A DNA stretch of 64,000 bases from Alphaproteobacteria bacterium (GCA_965261735.1 OZ253470.1:448001-512000), one strand, 5' to 3'; positions 8,503-19,447 are shown, counted from the stretch's first letter. The notes: generated by a model from the letters alone, not told the origin. Made by a program: numbers and translations.

Positions 8503-9801
8503 CTATTCGAGATCGGTCAGCGTTCTACCGCTATTCAGGTGCACGGGATCGTCCTCCGTGAACGTGCGGTATCGTCTCAGTGCGGTGTCGATGTATCCGG
8601 GGTCGACCTCAACGCCGTAACCGCGGCGCCCCGCGCGTTCGGCGGCGATGATGGTAGTACCCGATCCCGCAAAGGGGTCGAGCACGATCCCGCCGCGGCG
8701 CGAGCAATCGAGAACGGCGTCCTCGACCATGGCGACCGGTTTGACCGTCGGGTGCATTGCCAGTTGAGCGTCCCGATCGTTGCCGAATACGTTGACCCCG
8801 GCATAGTCCCAGACGTTCGTGCGGTTGCGCCCGTAGGCGCCGAGGTCGATGTTGTTGATGTGCGGCCCGGTCCCGGCCTTGAATACCGGGATGAACTCGT
8901 GCTTGGACCGATAGAGGGCGCCCATCCCGCCGTTCGTCTTGTTCCAGACGCAAATGTTCTTCAGCTCGGTGTAGACGCCACGCCCCACCGTCAACAGCTC
9001 GCGGATATGGCGCCAGTCCATGCAGATGTAATGGATGGCGCCGTCGCGGCTGTGCGTGTACAGGTGCTGCAGGACGGTTTCGAGGAAGTTTGAGAATTCG
9101 GCCTCGGACATCTCGCCCGATGCCATGGCGAACTCCTTGTGTCGCACACGCCCAAGTCCGCAGACATTGCCGTCGATCGGGACGTTGTAGGGTGGGTCCG
9201 TGAACACCATTTGGGCCAATTCGCCGTCGAGCAGCGTCTCGAAGGAACGCGGGTCCCTTGCATCCCCACACAGGAGCCGATGCTTGCCGAGTTGCCAGAG
9301 ATCGCCCGGAGCGGTCAGCGGCGGTGCATCGGCTTCGATCTCCGGCATAAGGTCTGCGTCGTCATCCGCCTCCACGGGGCCGATGATGAGCCCGTCGATC
9401 TCAGCCGTGTTGAAACCGGTAACCTCGATATCGAAGTCGAGCTCGATCGCGGTGAGCGCTTTGAGCTCGATCGAGAGAAGCTCCTCGTCCCAGCCGGCCA
9501 GCTCGGCCAGGCGGTTGTCGGCAATGATGTAGGCACGAACCTGTGCTTCGGTGAGGTCGCCCAGCCGGATCGCCGGAATCTCCTCCAGCCCGAGCAGCTT
9601 CGCCGCTTCCAGACGCCCGTGGCCCGCCACGACCCGCCGGCTCTCGTCGATGAGTACTGGGTTCGTCCAGCCAAAGATCTGGATCGACTGAGCAATCTGC
9701 CGGATCTGCTCCTTCGTATGCGTACGGGCGTTACCCGCATACGGCTTCAGGGTGGAGACCGCTATACGCTCGACCTTTAGGTCGCGAATGCGCTCAGACA
9801 T
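8503..9801 (-). CDS. ParB-like N-terminal domain plus N6/N4 DNA methyltransferase
   Basis: VAGHGR/IADNRLAE ParB-like motifs; FTDPPYN, HPTVKP, LDPFAGSGTT. Confidence 0.92.
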   Translation of the reverse strand: MSERIRDLKVERIAVSTLKPYAGNARTHTKEQIRQIAQSIQIFGWTNPVLIDESRRVVAGHGRLEAAKLLGLEEIPAIRLGDLTEAQVRAYIIADNRLAELAGWDEELLSIELKALTAIELDFDIEVTGFNTAEIDGLIIGPVEADDDADLMPEIEADAPPLTAPGDLWQLGKHRLLCGDARDPRSFETLLDGELAQMVFTDPPYNVPIDGNVCGLGRVRHKEFAMASGEMSEAEFSNFLETVLQHLYTHSRDGAIHYICMDWRHIRELLTVGRGVYTELKNICVWNKTNGGMGALYRSKHEFIPVFKAGTGPHINNIDLGAYGRNRTNVWDYAGVNVFGNDRDAQLAMHPTVKPVAMVEDAVLDCSRRGGIVLDPFAGSGTTIIAAERAGRRGYGVEVDPGYIDTALRRYRTFTEDDPVHLNSGRTLTDLE

Positions 9802-9988
9802 CGGATGAACTCCGGGTGTCGCCGAAATCGTCGGGAACGGCGTTGCATGACGCTGCCGGAACGCCGGCGTCAGGGATGGTCGATTGGAACTCGGCTCTTT
9901 GCCTTGGCGCGTCGTACCGGATCACCGGTCACCTCCCTGTCTCCGTTGACTGGAGACCCAAGGTGGCGTGATCCTTGGCTGGTTTCAT

Positions 9989-10639
9989 TCAAAATAATTG
10001 GCGTCTTTTCCGATATGCGGACGAGAGGGTTTGGACCGAGCGCCAGGAGTCCTCGCCATAGTAATAGTATCTCGCACCGATACGAGCAGCGAGCTCTGCC
10101 GGCGGATAGCGCAGGTGGGTCCAGCCGGCGGCATGACCTTCACGGGCTTTCCTCTTGATGAGGTTCTCCGTGTAGCGCCTGTACAGACCATTGACGATCA
10201 TATCGCGCTGACGCTTGTCGATTGGCGGCAGTGGCTGTCGACCCAGGGGCGGCTTGATATTCCCGGCGAGGAACTTACAGAGGTAGTCCAGAAGAACATT
10301 CGGGATCTCGCCTGCGTCTTCACGTCGCAAGACGTCGGCCAGCTCCGGGCCGCTGATAAAATCGCCCGACTGTATTCGTTTCGTGATGTGCCCCAGGTAG
10401 CGCCGGTGGGTCTCTCCGAGGTGTTGACTTTTTGAGTTGGGGACTTTCGGCCGACCTCTCCGTCTCCTGACTTCCCCGGCGAGGAATCGGCATAAGTAGT
10501 CCAAGAAGATTTTCGGAAAGGGGAGATTGTCCTTGTTTCGGAGGGCGTCCGCAAGGTTCTCACCGTCGATGTAGTCGCCCTTCTCGATGCGTCTTATTAA
10601 CCAATCGAAGCGATCAGAATTTATCCTAAATTCTGCCAT
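9989..10639 (-). CDS. Hypothetical protein with an internally duplicated ~55-aa domain
   Basis: RI..GD.I.G..LAD.LR......P...LDYLC.FLAG.....GR occurs twice. Confidence 0.65.
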   Translation of the reverse strand: MAEFRINSDRFDWLIRRIEKGDYIDGENLADALRNKDNLPFPKIFLDYLCRFLAGEVRRRRGRPKVPNSKSQHLGETHRRYLGHITKRIQSGDFISGPELADVLRREDAGEIPNVLLDYLCKFLAGNIKPPLGRQPLPPIDKRQRDMIVNGLYRRYTENLIKRKAREGHAAGWTHLRYPPAELAARIGARYYYYGEDSWRSVQTLSSAYRKRRQLF

Positions 10640-11239
10640 CGTTTCTCTCTTGAACAATTCTTCGGCACCTGGCTGGTGACCAATTTGCCGAAATCTCTAT
10701 GAGCGAACAGATGACCGCCTCCGATTTGAGTGGTCAGGTTTGTTCGTTAGTGTGTGATTGCCGTAGGTCAACGGCAACGATGGTTCCTGGATCCTATCCG
10801 CGACGACGAGCACTTGCGTTGAACCCCTCACCGCCCGGACTCCCGCCGGGTGGCGAGGGGGGAGGCACAGCTAACTCGGTGCATCTGACGCTGCTGGATG
10901 TGCCGAACTAGATCGGTATCGCGCTTCTGCTGCTTCCGCCGCTGATGGCCATGACGCCCGTAGCGGTGCCGCCGGCCAACGCAACGATCCCCATGGCGCT
11001 GCCGCCGCCGCAGTGGCATGAGGCTCTGTGAATCGGCTTGATGTGCATGTCAGTCAATAGGCGTCCTCAGTTCCGTGGTATTCAATCTCAGTTCTGCCTG
11101 AATTCTTTCAGCGTCTCTGAAATCAGCATACCGCGTTGGATTCTCAACCCCGCTTCCAATCACGATGAACTCGTACCCCAACTCCTGACACGCCGTCTTA
11201 TCCCAGGGTCCGTCACCAAAGTAGGTTCTTCGTGCTGGA

Positions 11240-11396
11240 AAATTCCCTGTTAGGCCAATAATAATTCCCTGTTCCGTGGCGTAGGGAATTAGGTCTCTAT
11301 TCCCTATGATATCAACGCCTTAGACGGCCCACTCCCGCCGATTTAAGGTCGAATCTGCAATAATTCCCTGTATTTTCCCTGTTTAACAGGGAATTG
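11240..11396. repeat. Cluster of (AA)TTCCCTG(TT)/AGGGAATT direct and inverted motifs
   Basis: Four TTCCCTG copies (about 11244, 11265, 11364, 11375) and two AGGGAATT copies (about 11283, 11388). Confidence 0.8.
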
Positions 11397-11407
11397 GCGC
11401 AGAGACA

Positions 11408-11436
11408 GGTTCGCAGCAGACTGCGTCCACCGCCAC
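11408..11436 (+). other. Degenerate tRNA-3'-end-like sequence, putative att boundary of the integrative element
   Basis: GGTTCG...TCCACCGCCAC resembles tRNA-Ser end GGTTCG...CCCTCCGCCAC; followed by an AT-rich tract. Confidence 0.5.
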
Positions 11437-11575
11437 TCAACTTCTACAATCAATTGATATTAAACAATAAATATCTAAACAAATTTTTAGGAACCCCCAT
11501 TAGTTCCCACAAATAGGCTGAGAATCAACGGGACCCGGTAAGCACTCACAAGACGAATAGGCCAACTCGTGTTAG

Positions 11576-13219
11576 CCCGCATTTCCCAGGTAGCTCATCT
11601 ATTTGATGCCGTTTCCACTTGATTTTGTTATAAGAATCATAGGTTTAGGCTAGATAGAGGGTGGATCGCATGCGGAACCCGGAGGGTGAATCGGATCGGC
11701 GGCCTCTGCGGCCTTGTTTAGACCGTCGCCTGAAGCTGGAGTTCCACGGTTCACGGGTCACGTCGGACGCCGGTCTGCTCGCCTATCGGGAACTCGATGA
11801 TATCCTTGGCCTCACCGCCCTGGCGAGCAATGTCCTGGCTGACAGCCGGACGGGCAAGAACGGCTGGCACGACGTTGTCGGACTGCTGCGTCAGTCCGTC
11901 TATGGACGTCTCGCCGGATATGAGGACGTGAACGACGCCGACCGGTTGGGGCGCGATCCTGCGATGCGGTGGATCGTCGGCGGAAAGGCCGTCGAGCGCG
12001 GCGGCGCATCGACCAGCCAGATGAGCCGCTTGGAGACCGAGTTGCTGTCCAAGGACGAGAACCTCACCTCCCTTGCCGACCTGTCCGGGCTTTGGATCGA
12101 CCGGGTTCACGACCGCCGGCCGCCGGTCAAGATCATTCTCGATATGGATTCCAGCGTCAGCCCGACCTACGGTGACCAGGAGGGCACGGCCTACAACGGT
12201 CACTTTGGCTGCACCTGTTATCATCCCCTGTTCCTGTTCAATCAGTTTGGCGACCTGGAGCGATGTCGCCTACGTCCCGGCAACGTTCACAGTGCCGATG
12301 GATGGCGCGACGTTCTGGAGCCGGTGGTAGAACGCTACAAGGCCACGAAGGTTCGGCTCTATTTTCGCGGTGACGCGGCGTTTGCCTCGCCGGACATTTA
12401 CGAATACCTCGAAGCCGAGGGCTTTCTGTATGCGATCCGCCTTCCGGCCGACACGGTTCTCCAGGAAAGCATCGCCCACCTGTTGACCCGGCCCGTTGGT
12501 CGGCCGCCCAACCATGTTCGCCGCTACTACACCAACTTCAGCTATCAGGCCGGTTCGTGGAACAAGAAACGTCGTGTGGTTGCCAAGGTCGAATGGCATC
12601 CCGGCGAACTGTACCCCCGCGTCGGCTTCATCGTCACCAACCTGAGCCGTCCTGCCGAGCGGGTGGTTGCGTTCTACAATCAGCGCGGCACCGCCGAGCA
12701 ATGGATCAAGGAAGGCAAGAACGCCATCAAGTGGACGCTTGTCCTGCCGCAAGTTCGACCACAATGCCGTCCGGCTCCAGCTGCATGCACTGGCCTATAA
12801 CCTCGGCAACTTCATGCGCACCCTGGCGTTGCCCGATTCCGTGGAGCAGTGGTCGCTGACGACGCTGCGGGAGAAGCTGATCAAGATCGGCGCGAAGATC
12901 GTCCGCCACGGCCGCTACGTCATCTTCCAGATGGCCGAGGTCGCCATCCCGAGAGACCTCTTCGCCGACATCCTGCGCCGCATCGACCGGCTCAGACCGA
13001 CGCGCACTCCGGCATGACCGACGGCATCCCGCTCATCCACGCAGACGACAGGATCGGTGCATCTGGTATGCAGCAGAAGAGTCCGTTTGCCCCGCCACCC
13101 CCGCCAATTGTCCCTCCATCCGATGGAATCGGATTACAGGCGGCCGCAGGACGCAAGCCAGTTGCAATGCGAGCGGTTCCGAGTCACGATCAACTCGGTG
13201 TACAAATGGGTAACCTCGG
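11576..13219 (+). mobile_element. IS1380-family insertion sequence
   Basis: CC...GG ends with imperfect IR (CCCGCATTTCCCA / TGGGTAACCTCGG); flanks TTAG and CTAA are not a direct repeat. Confidence 0.8.
11670..13017 (+). pseudogene. IS1380 transposase, frameshifted near 12738
   Basis: VTSDAGLL, LDMDSS, RGDAAF, YNQRGTAEQWIKEGK; tail LSCRKFDHNAVRLQLHALAYNL is in another frame. Confidence 0.9.
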
Positions 13220-13387
13220 CTAAAAGGTGACTGGCCGGGCTCTTGATCGCCAAATCGGCTCGACGAAGGGGCGAATCGCTATGCAGACTGCCGAATCAGG
13301 ACCGGGTTCGCATTCAACGCCATATTTGCTACGCTACCGGTGATGCAAATGGTCATTCAGGGAATCTCGGATTAACGGGCACCAGGG

Positions 13388-14899
13388 ATGGAGAGCGTGA
13401 CTCACGCCAATGAGCGCGACTCGGCCGCCATTCGGGCCGGGCTCGACCATCCGGTGATCGACGGCGACGGCCACCTGGTCGAAATCGGCCCGGTGCTGCT
13501 CGATTTCCTCAAGGACGTGGCCGGCCCCGAGATGGTGCAGCGCTACGTCGATACGGTGAGCCGGAAGGACGGATCGAACCACCGCTGGTACCGGATGACG
13601 CCCGAGGAGCGGGTCCATCAGCGCGCGAGCCGGCCTTCGTTCTGGGCCGTCCCGACGGCCGCCACCCATGACCGCGCCGCCGTCATGCTGCCGGCGCTGC
13701 AGCGCGAGCGCCTCGACATCTACGGCATCGACTACGCGTTCCTCTATCCGACCGAGGGTTTGGGAATGGCGCTCTTTGCCGAAACCGACATGCGGCTGGC
13801 GGCGATTCGTGCCTACAATATGATGAATGCCGAGCTGTTCGCGCCGCACGGCGCGCGCCTCGCGCCGGCGGCGCTCATTCCCATGAACACACCCGAGGAG
13901 GCGATCGCCGAGCTCGATTTCGCGGTCGGCGAGCTCGGCATGCGGGCGATAATGATCGTCGGCACGGTGCGCCGCCCGATTCCGGCGGCGCTCGCCGCCG
14001 CGCCGAAAGTTCCACTCAACCACCTCGCGACCTGGATCGATCCCCTGGCGCTCGACAGCGCCTACGACTACGACCCGGTGTGGCAAAGGATCGTCGATCT
14101 CAAGCTCGCCGCTACCGACCATGGATTCGCCGCCCGCTGGGCCCACCGCAGGTCGATCTCGAGCTTCAACTACAATCACATCGGCCATTTCTCGGATTCG
14201 GCGGCGGCGTTTGCCAAGGCGCTGTTCTTCGGCGGGGTGACGCGCCGCTTCCCGACGCTCAAGTTCGCCTTCCTCGAATGCGGGGTGGGGTGGGCGTGCG
14301 GCCTGTACAACGATCTCGTCGGGCACTGGGAGAAGCGCAGCCGCATGGCACTGGAGAGGAACCTCGACCCCGCAAGGATCGACCGCGCTCTGTTCGCCGA
14401 ACTGGTCGAACGCTACGGCGACGAGCGCGCGCGCTCAAAGCTCGACATCCTGCGGTTGCGCGACGGGGTCTACCTCGAAAGCCATCCCGAGACGGCCGAA
14501 ACGCTCGACGAATGGGCTGCCTGCGGAATCGCCCGGGCCGAGGACATCCACGACCTCTTCGTGCCCAATTTCTACTTCGGCTGCGAGGCCGACGATCCGA
14601 TGAACGCCCTCGCCTTCGATACGCGCCTCAACCGGTTCGGTGCGCGTCTCAAGCCGATCCTGAGTTCGGACATCGGCCACTGGGACGTACCCGACGCGAC
14701 AAAGGTCCTGGTCGAGGCCTATGAGCTGGTCGAGCGCGAGCTGATAGCGCCCGAGGACTTCCGCGACTTCGCGTTCACAAACGCGGCCGAACTGCACAGC
14801 GGGCTCAATCCGCATTTCTTCAAGGGCACGGCGGTCGAGGACGCGGTCAGCGCCTGGCAGGGCTCGCGCCCCAGCGGTGAGGCCGCCGCGCGCGCCTGA
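13388..14899 (+). CDS. Amidohydrolase-family (Amidohydro_2-like) protein
   Basis: IDGDGH metal motif, FAFLECGVGW, FYFGCEADD, SSDIGHWD. Confidence 0.85.
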   Translation: MESVTHANERDSAAIRAGLDHPVIDGDGHLVEIGPVLLDFLKDVAGPEMVQRYVDTVSRKDGSNHRWYRMTPEERVHQRASRPSFWAVPTAATHDRAAVMLPALQRERLDIYGIDYAFLYPTEGLGMALFAETDMRLAAIRAYNMMNAELFAPHGARLAPAALIPMNTPEEAIAELDFAVGELGMRAIMIVGTVRRPIPAALAAAPKVPLNHLATWIDPLALDSAYDYDPVWQRIVDLKLAATDHGFAARWAHRRSISSFNYNHIGHFSDSAAAFAKALFFGGVTRRFPTLKFAFLECGVGWACGLYNDLVGHWEKRSRMALERNLDPARIDRALFAELVERYGDERARSKLDILRLRDGVYLESHPETAETLDEWAACGIARAEDIHDLFVPNFYFGCEADDPMNALAFDTRLNRFGARLKPILSSDIGHWDVPDATKVLVEAYELVERELIAPEDFRDFAFTNAAELHSGLNPHFFKGTAVEDAVSAWQGSRPSGEAAARA

Positions 14900-15102
14900 C
14901 CCCTCGGCCGGGGCTGAGGCCGCCGGCGCGGGCAAATGATGGGCGCGCTAGGCGACAACGCTGCGCTCGGTAGTCAGGGCGAGTCGGCACGGTATCCTGA
15001 CAAGCGTCGGTCAGATCGGATTTAGTACAGCAGCTGTTGAATACGTAACCCGGCCACGCAGGCCGAACAGACCCAACTTTCGAACAGGCAAGGGAGGAAG
15101 TC

Positions 15103-16140
15103 ATGACAATAGATTTTCAGCGCCTGACCTCGCTGCTGGTGGGAGTTATAGCCGCCGGCGCCATGGCCGTGGCGTCACCGGCGGTGGACGCGCAGGCTAC
15201 CTACGAAGCCGCCAAGAAAGAGGGCAAGCTCGTCTACTATTCCGGCCAGCCGATCGAGCTGCTGCAGACTCTGAAGGGCGATTTCCAGAGCAAGTATCCG
15301 GGGATCGACGTCGATTTCTACCGCGGCGACGCCCGGCAGTACGTCCAGCGCTTCGAGACCGAATCGAAGACCGGCCGACACGTCGTCGACGTGATGCTGT
15401 CGACCGTCGTGACCACGCCGCGCTGGGTGGAGCAGGGCCTGCTGGCAGCGTACGTTTCGCCGGGGCAGGCGGACTATCCGCCCGCGCTCAGGGACGCCAA
15501 CGGCTACAACAATCCGTACGCCATGAACAACACGAGCTTCGCCTGGAACACCAACCTGGTGAAGCCCGGCGAGGAGCCCAAGACCTGGAACGACCTGCTC
15601 GATCCGAAGTGGAAGGGCAGGATGGGCATGCTGGATCCATTGGGGGGCGGCGGTTCCCGCAGCTGGGTCGTCACGATGCGTCAAGAGCTCGGCGAAGAGA
15701 AGTGGCTCGACTACATGAATAAGCTCGCCGCCCAGAAGCCCAAATATGGGCGCTACATGCAGGTGCGCGAGATGCTCATGTCGGGCGAGATCGCCATTCA
15801 CATCGCCGCCTATCCCCAATTCACCGAGCCGGTGAAGATCGACGGGGCTCCCGTCGATTGGGGAGTGCCGGAATGGATGACGGTCTTGGGCCTGGTTACC
15901 AGCCTGTCGGCCAACGCGCCGCACCCCAATGCGGGCAAACTGTTCATCGACTACATGATGTCGGACTCGGCGCAGAAAATCCTCGGCGACTCAGGAAGAG
16001 TCCCCGCCAAGCCGGAATTGATCGGCGGTGGCTACGCCAAGCTCAAGGGCGCCAAGCTCGTACCCAACGCCATGCCGGCCGAGGTCGTGTCGGAGGAGTA
16101 CTTCCAGGAGAATATCAGGAGGATTTTCGGCAAAAAGTAA
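15103..16140 (+). CDS. ABC transporter extracellular solute-binding protein (Fe3+/thiamine-like fold)
   Basis: GGGAGG RBS, signal peptide, AAKKEGKLVYYS, PKTWNDLLDPKWKG, APHPNAGKLFIDY. Confidence 0.88.
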   Translation: MTIDFQRLTSLLVGVIAAGAMAVASPAVDAQATYEAAKKEGKLVYYSGQPIELLQTLKGDFQSKYPGIDVDFYRGDARQYVQRFETESKTGRHVVDVMLSTVVTTPRWVEQGLLAAYVSPGQADYPPALRDANGYNNPYAMNNTSFAWNTNLVKPGEEPKTWNDLLDPKWKGRMGMLDPLGGGGSRSWVVTMRQELGEEKWLDYMNKLAAQKPKYGRYMQVREMLMSGEIAIHIAAYPQFTEPVKIDGAPVDWGVPEWMTVLGLVTSLSANAPHPNAGKLFIDYMMSDSAQKILGDSGRVPAKPELIGGGYAKLKGAKLVPNAMPAEVVSEEYFQENIRRIFGKK

Positions 16141-16361
16141 GTATCGCTTGAATCGGCGGTCGCGACACCGGCCGCCGATTCACACCACCTCGGGAGGTTA
16201 GCGAGGAGTAACGCTGCACCTTCTGCGGCGCGCAAAATGCGCCCCCGAGCTTTCCCATGCCGGCAAAAGGCCGGCACTCGGCACCGAGATCAGCGGCCTC
16301 GACTTGTCAGAGCCGCTTGATGACACCCGTGTTCGCCAGCTCGGGGAGCGCCGCCGCGTAT

Positions 16362-16790
16362 TCATCGAGCGCACGAACCCCGGCGGGCGTCAAAGCGTAG
16401 GTGCCGTATGAGACCCGCTCGAACCAGCCGTAGACGTCGCGCTGCAGGACGCGCGGCGCGCGCCCGACGCCGGTCGCCGCCCTCACCGCCGGCCACCCGC
16501 GCCGGCCCCTCGTCGAGCGCGACTGCGCGGCGCAGAGCGTCCTGGCGATAAGCGGTCATGATCGCCCGCCGGTTCGTGCCGCCGCGGTTGGGATCGCCCA
16601 CCCGGCGCTCGAACTCGCCCACCAGGCGCGCCCTCCGGCGCTTGTTCGGCGGCGGCCGATAGGGTGCCGGGTCGAGGTATACCTCCACTCGCGCCGGCCC
16701 GGCACCGCCGCCGCGCACCGTAATCAGCCCAAGGCCGATCATTCGGCAGAGCTTGACAACGTCGCGCCGCCGCCGCGGAAGAGCTGGGCC
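16362..16790 (-). pseudogene. DUF2161-family protein, C-terminal fragment with frameshift near 16490
   Basis: LCRMIGLGLITV, EFERRVGDPNRGG, IMTAYRQDALR; other frame gives LQRDVYGWFERV. Confidence 0.75.
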
Positions 16791-16805
16791 GTTTGCCGCC
16801 TTCCC

Positions 16806-16952
16806 GGCGCGCGCGGTGGTGGACCGAAAGGCGAGCGCAACGGTATGTATCGGCACGGGCACTATACGAAGGAAGCCGTGAAGGAGCGCCGTTTCCTCCG
16901 GGAGCTTATCCTGAAATCCCGCGGAGCCCTCCCAAGCGCGGCCGAGCTATGA
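16806..16952 (+). pseudogene. C-terminal fragment of an HGGxSTG-type small protein
   Basis: Manual translation GARGGGPKGERNGMYRHGHYTKEAVKERRFLRELI; no start or N-terminal Cys motif. Confidence 0.5.
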
Positions 16953-17096
16953 GCAGCGGGAGTGGATAAAGCGCGACACGTTGCCGATGAGCCGGCGGCA
17001 AAGGCCGCCACGCTGCGCTTGGCCGGTGCCGGTGGCCGGCTTCGGCAACGGGGCGGTCCTTAAGCCGTGTACTCCTACGGCGAATAAAAGCCGCTC

Positions 17097-18698
17097 TCAG
17101 CGGGCCGGCTTAAAATACTCGTAGGACAGGCCGGCGCTCGGCCAGCCGCTGTAGGGCACCCAATTGGTGACGTTCTTGCTGGCGCCGAACAGCGCGTTGA
17201 CATACATCACCGGGATTAGCGTGTAGGTATCCTTCAGACTGTACATGAGGTCCTGGAACATCTTCTCCCGCTTCACCATGTCTGTTTGCTGCGCCACGGC
17301 GGCGTACTTATCGTCCCACGGCACATTGGCGACTAACTTTTTGCCATTGGCCGACACGAAGTTCCTCATTTGGCCGACCGGGAACGAAGACCGCGGGACA
17401 CGGAATGTGTACGCCGCGCCCACCGCCTCGTCCGGGCGGCCGTAGGCAACCGGTCCGAACGCCCCCCACTCGGTCGAGACGAGTTCTGTTTCGACGCCGA
17501 TCTTCTTCCAATAGTCGGCTAGGACCTGCGCCATCTTGGGCAACCACTGGGCCCCGGCGAGCGGTAACGTGTAGAACCTTATTTTGAATCCGTCCGGATA
17601 GCCCGCCTCGGCGAGCAGGCGCTTGGCTTCCTTGGGATCATGGGGTGTCTGGTTGTTTCTTGCCCACGCTTCATCCCAGCCGAAACCCTCCGGGAACGCC
17701 GGAAATACGGGGGTTAGCCGGCCCTTGCCAAGGGCCATGAACTCAAGCAGTTCTTCGCGGTCGATCGCCGTGGCGAGGGCCTTGCGGACGTTCCTGATAG
17801 CTGTAGCGCGGTTGAGCGTCTTGGCGCGCTCCTCCCAGGTGCCGAGGAAGCTCACGAACACCACGATCGAGTTCGGCACGTCCAGCACCTGGTTGCCGCT
17901 GGCTAAGATCTCCTTGGCCGAGTCGAAGCCGATGTCCGCGAGATCCACTTCGCCGCGCTTGAGCATGGCGACGCGGGTGCTCTCTTCGGGCACCAGTATC
18001 ACCCGCAAGCGGTCGAATCCGGGCGTTGGCCGATAGGGATGGCCGCTCACCGCCTCATAGAGGAAGTAGGAGCCCGTCTTGTGCTCGATCAACTTCCATG
18101 GGCCGCTGCCGATCGGGTTCTTGCGGAACCCCTCGTCGCCCACTTCGTCGGTGTACTTCTTCGGCGTGATCGCCGCCACCACCGTATCGCCGGGGCCCAG
18201 GGCTTCGATGAAGTCGGGCCACGGACTGTTCAGATGAAAGATGATCTTGTACGGACCGACGACCTCGGTCGATGCGATGTTATTCACGAAGTGACCGCCG
18301 AAGGAGCCCGTTCCCCTCTCCATCCGCTTGGTGAAGTGGTTGGCAACATCTTCGGCGGTCACATCATCGCCGTTGTGCCACTTCATCCCTTTACGGATGT
18401 TGAAGGTGTAGGCCTTGCCATCGGCGGACACCGTCCAGCTCTCTGCGATGCCCGGGATCGGTTTGCGGTCGCGGCTCATCGTCACCAGATGGTCGTACAA
18501 CGGCGCCTGATACTGGTGCATGGCGAAGCCGCCGTCGATGGGATCGATTTTTTCGCCGGTGAAGGTGCCGACCGCGACCCTCAGTTCGGTCTGGGCTGCC
18601 GCCGTTCCCATCGGCCAGGCAAAACCCAGCGTTAGGGCAACCAAGAGGATCGGCACCAAAGCGATGCGCCCCATTCGGAAAATTCGGGAACTACACAT
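17097..18698 (-). CDS. ABC transporter substrate-binding protein, family 5 (peptide/nickel)
   Basis: PGIAESW, YTFNIRKGMKWHNG, PIGSGPWK, DPKEAKRLLAEAGY; signal peptide. Confidence 0.92.
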   Translation of the reverse strand: MCSSRIFRMGRIALVPILLVALTLGFAWPMGTAAAQTELRVAVGTFTGEKIDPIDGGFAMHQYQAPLYDHLVTMSRDRKPIPGIAESWTVSADGKAYTFNIRKGMKWHNGDDVTAEDVANHFTKRMERGTGSFGGHFVNNIASTEVVGPYKIIFHLNSPWPDFIEALGPGDTVVAAITPKKYTDEVGDEGFRKNPIGSGPWKLIEHKTGSYFLYEAVSGHPYRPTPGFDRLRVILVPEESTRVAMLKRGEVDLADIGFDSAKEILASGNQVLDVPNSIVVFVSFLGTWEERAKTLNRATAIRNVRKALATAIDREELLEFMALGKGRLTPVFPAFPEGFGWDEAWARNNQTPHDPKEAKRLLAEAGYPDGFKIRFYTLPLAGAQWLPKMAQVLADYWKKIGVETELVSTEWGAFGPVAYGRPDEAVGAAYTFRVPRSSFPVGQMRNFVSANGKKLVANVPWDDKYAAVAQQTDMVKREKMFQDLMYSLKDTYTLIPVMYVNALFGASKNVTNWVPYSGWPSAGLSYEYFKPAR

Positions 18699-18931
18699 TT
18701 GATCTCTCCCTTTGATTGTTGCGCAGGGCACGTCTTTTCGCTGCGCGCCACATATCATTGACTCCCGACCGCGCTGTAGCGCTGGCCGGCGCCGCAAAAG
18801 CCTCTAACCACTCTGACTCATCGCCTCGGCAGCGGCCGGATCCAGGGTACATCAAGCGGCGGCCGCCGATACGTCGATGAGTGGGGCAATAGCATCAACG
18901 GAAGCGTCGAGAGCGTCAAGCGCGTTCACCA

Positions 18932-19447
18932 ATGGCTCCGGCGCCGCAGCCCTGTCGCAGGCCACAGCCGGGCCTATGCTCCGCTACCGGCGCGAAGCGT
19001 CGCATCAGGCGAGTGACCCCGCGGGGCGAGGGCTGCCCGGCTTCCGGCCAGTTCCCCGTCTCCTTCCACCCCACCGAGGGCGTGTTCTTGCTAGTGCGGC
19101 ACGATGCCGCGGCGGGCTTGAGCATGACCTGTACCTACGATCTCAAGCACAATGCCTACCGCCGTATCGAGGGCACCGAGCTACCACTGCTCGGCTCGAG
19201 CGCTGAGGCGGCGATAGCTAGGCGCAATTTCCTTCTTCACGACATTCGTTTTGTATTCTGGACGATCCAGACAGCCGCCAACCTCCGCTCGTTCGCGCGA
19301 CGCCGTCCGAGCTATGACGAGATGGCTGCCAAGCTTGTTGAGGGCGAGCCAACGCGGAGATTACACGGTTTCAGCCAGGCCACTATCCGGCAAATCTTGT
19401 TGGGCATATACCCTCCAGCGAAACGGCGGAACATCGGCGGCCTTTAG
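18932..19447 (+). CDS. Hypothetical protein (start uncertain)
   Basis: Open frame with protein-like C-terminal two thirds; no family recognised. Confidence 0.35.
   Translation: MAPAPQPCRRPQPGLCSATGAKRRIRRVTPRGEGCPASGQFPVSFHPTEGVFLLVRHDAAAGLSMTCTYDLKHNAYRRIEGTELPLLGSSAEAAIARRNFLLHDIRFVFWTIQTAANLRSFARRRPSYDEMAAKLVEGEPTRRLHGFSQATIRQILLGIYPPAKRRNIGGL

Noticed and set aside
7933-10639. Intact prophage or restriction-modification system
   Set aside because: No capsid, portal, tail or endonuclease genes; terminase is only a stub and the methylase is of the element-associated ParB-fused type
10699-11253. Short ORFs between the duplicated-domain gene and the repeat cluster
   Set aside because: No recognisable motifs, RBS or consistent coding signal
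11240-11400. Possible CRISPR array
   Set aside because: Repeats are only 7-11 bp, irregularly spaced and in both orientations; no cas genes. No CRISPR array seen anywhere in the window
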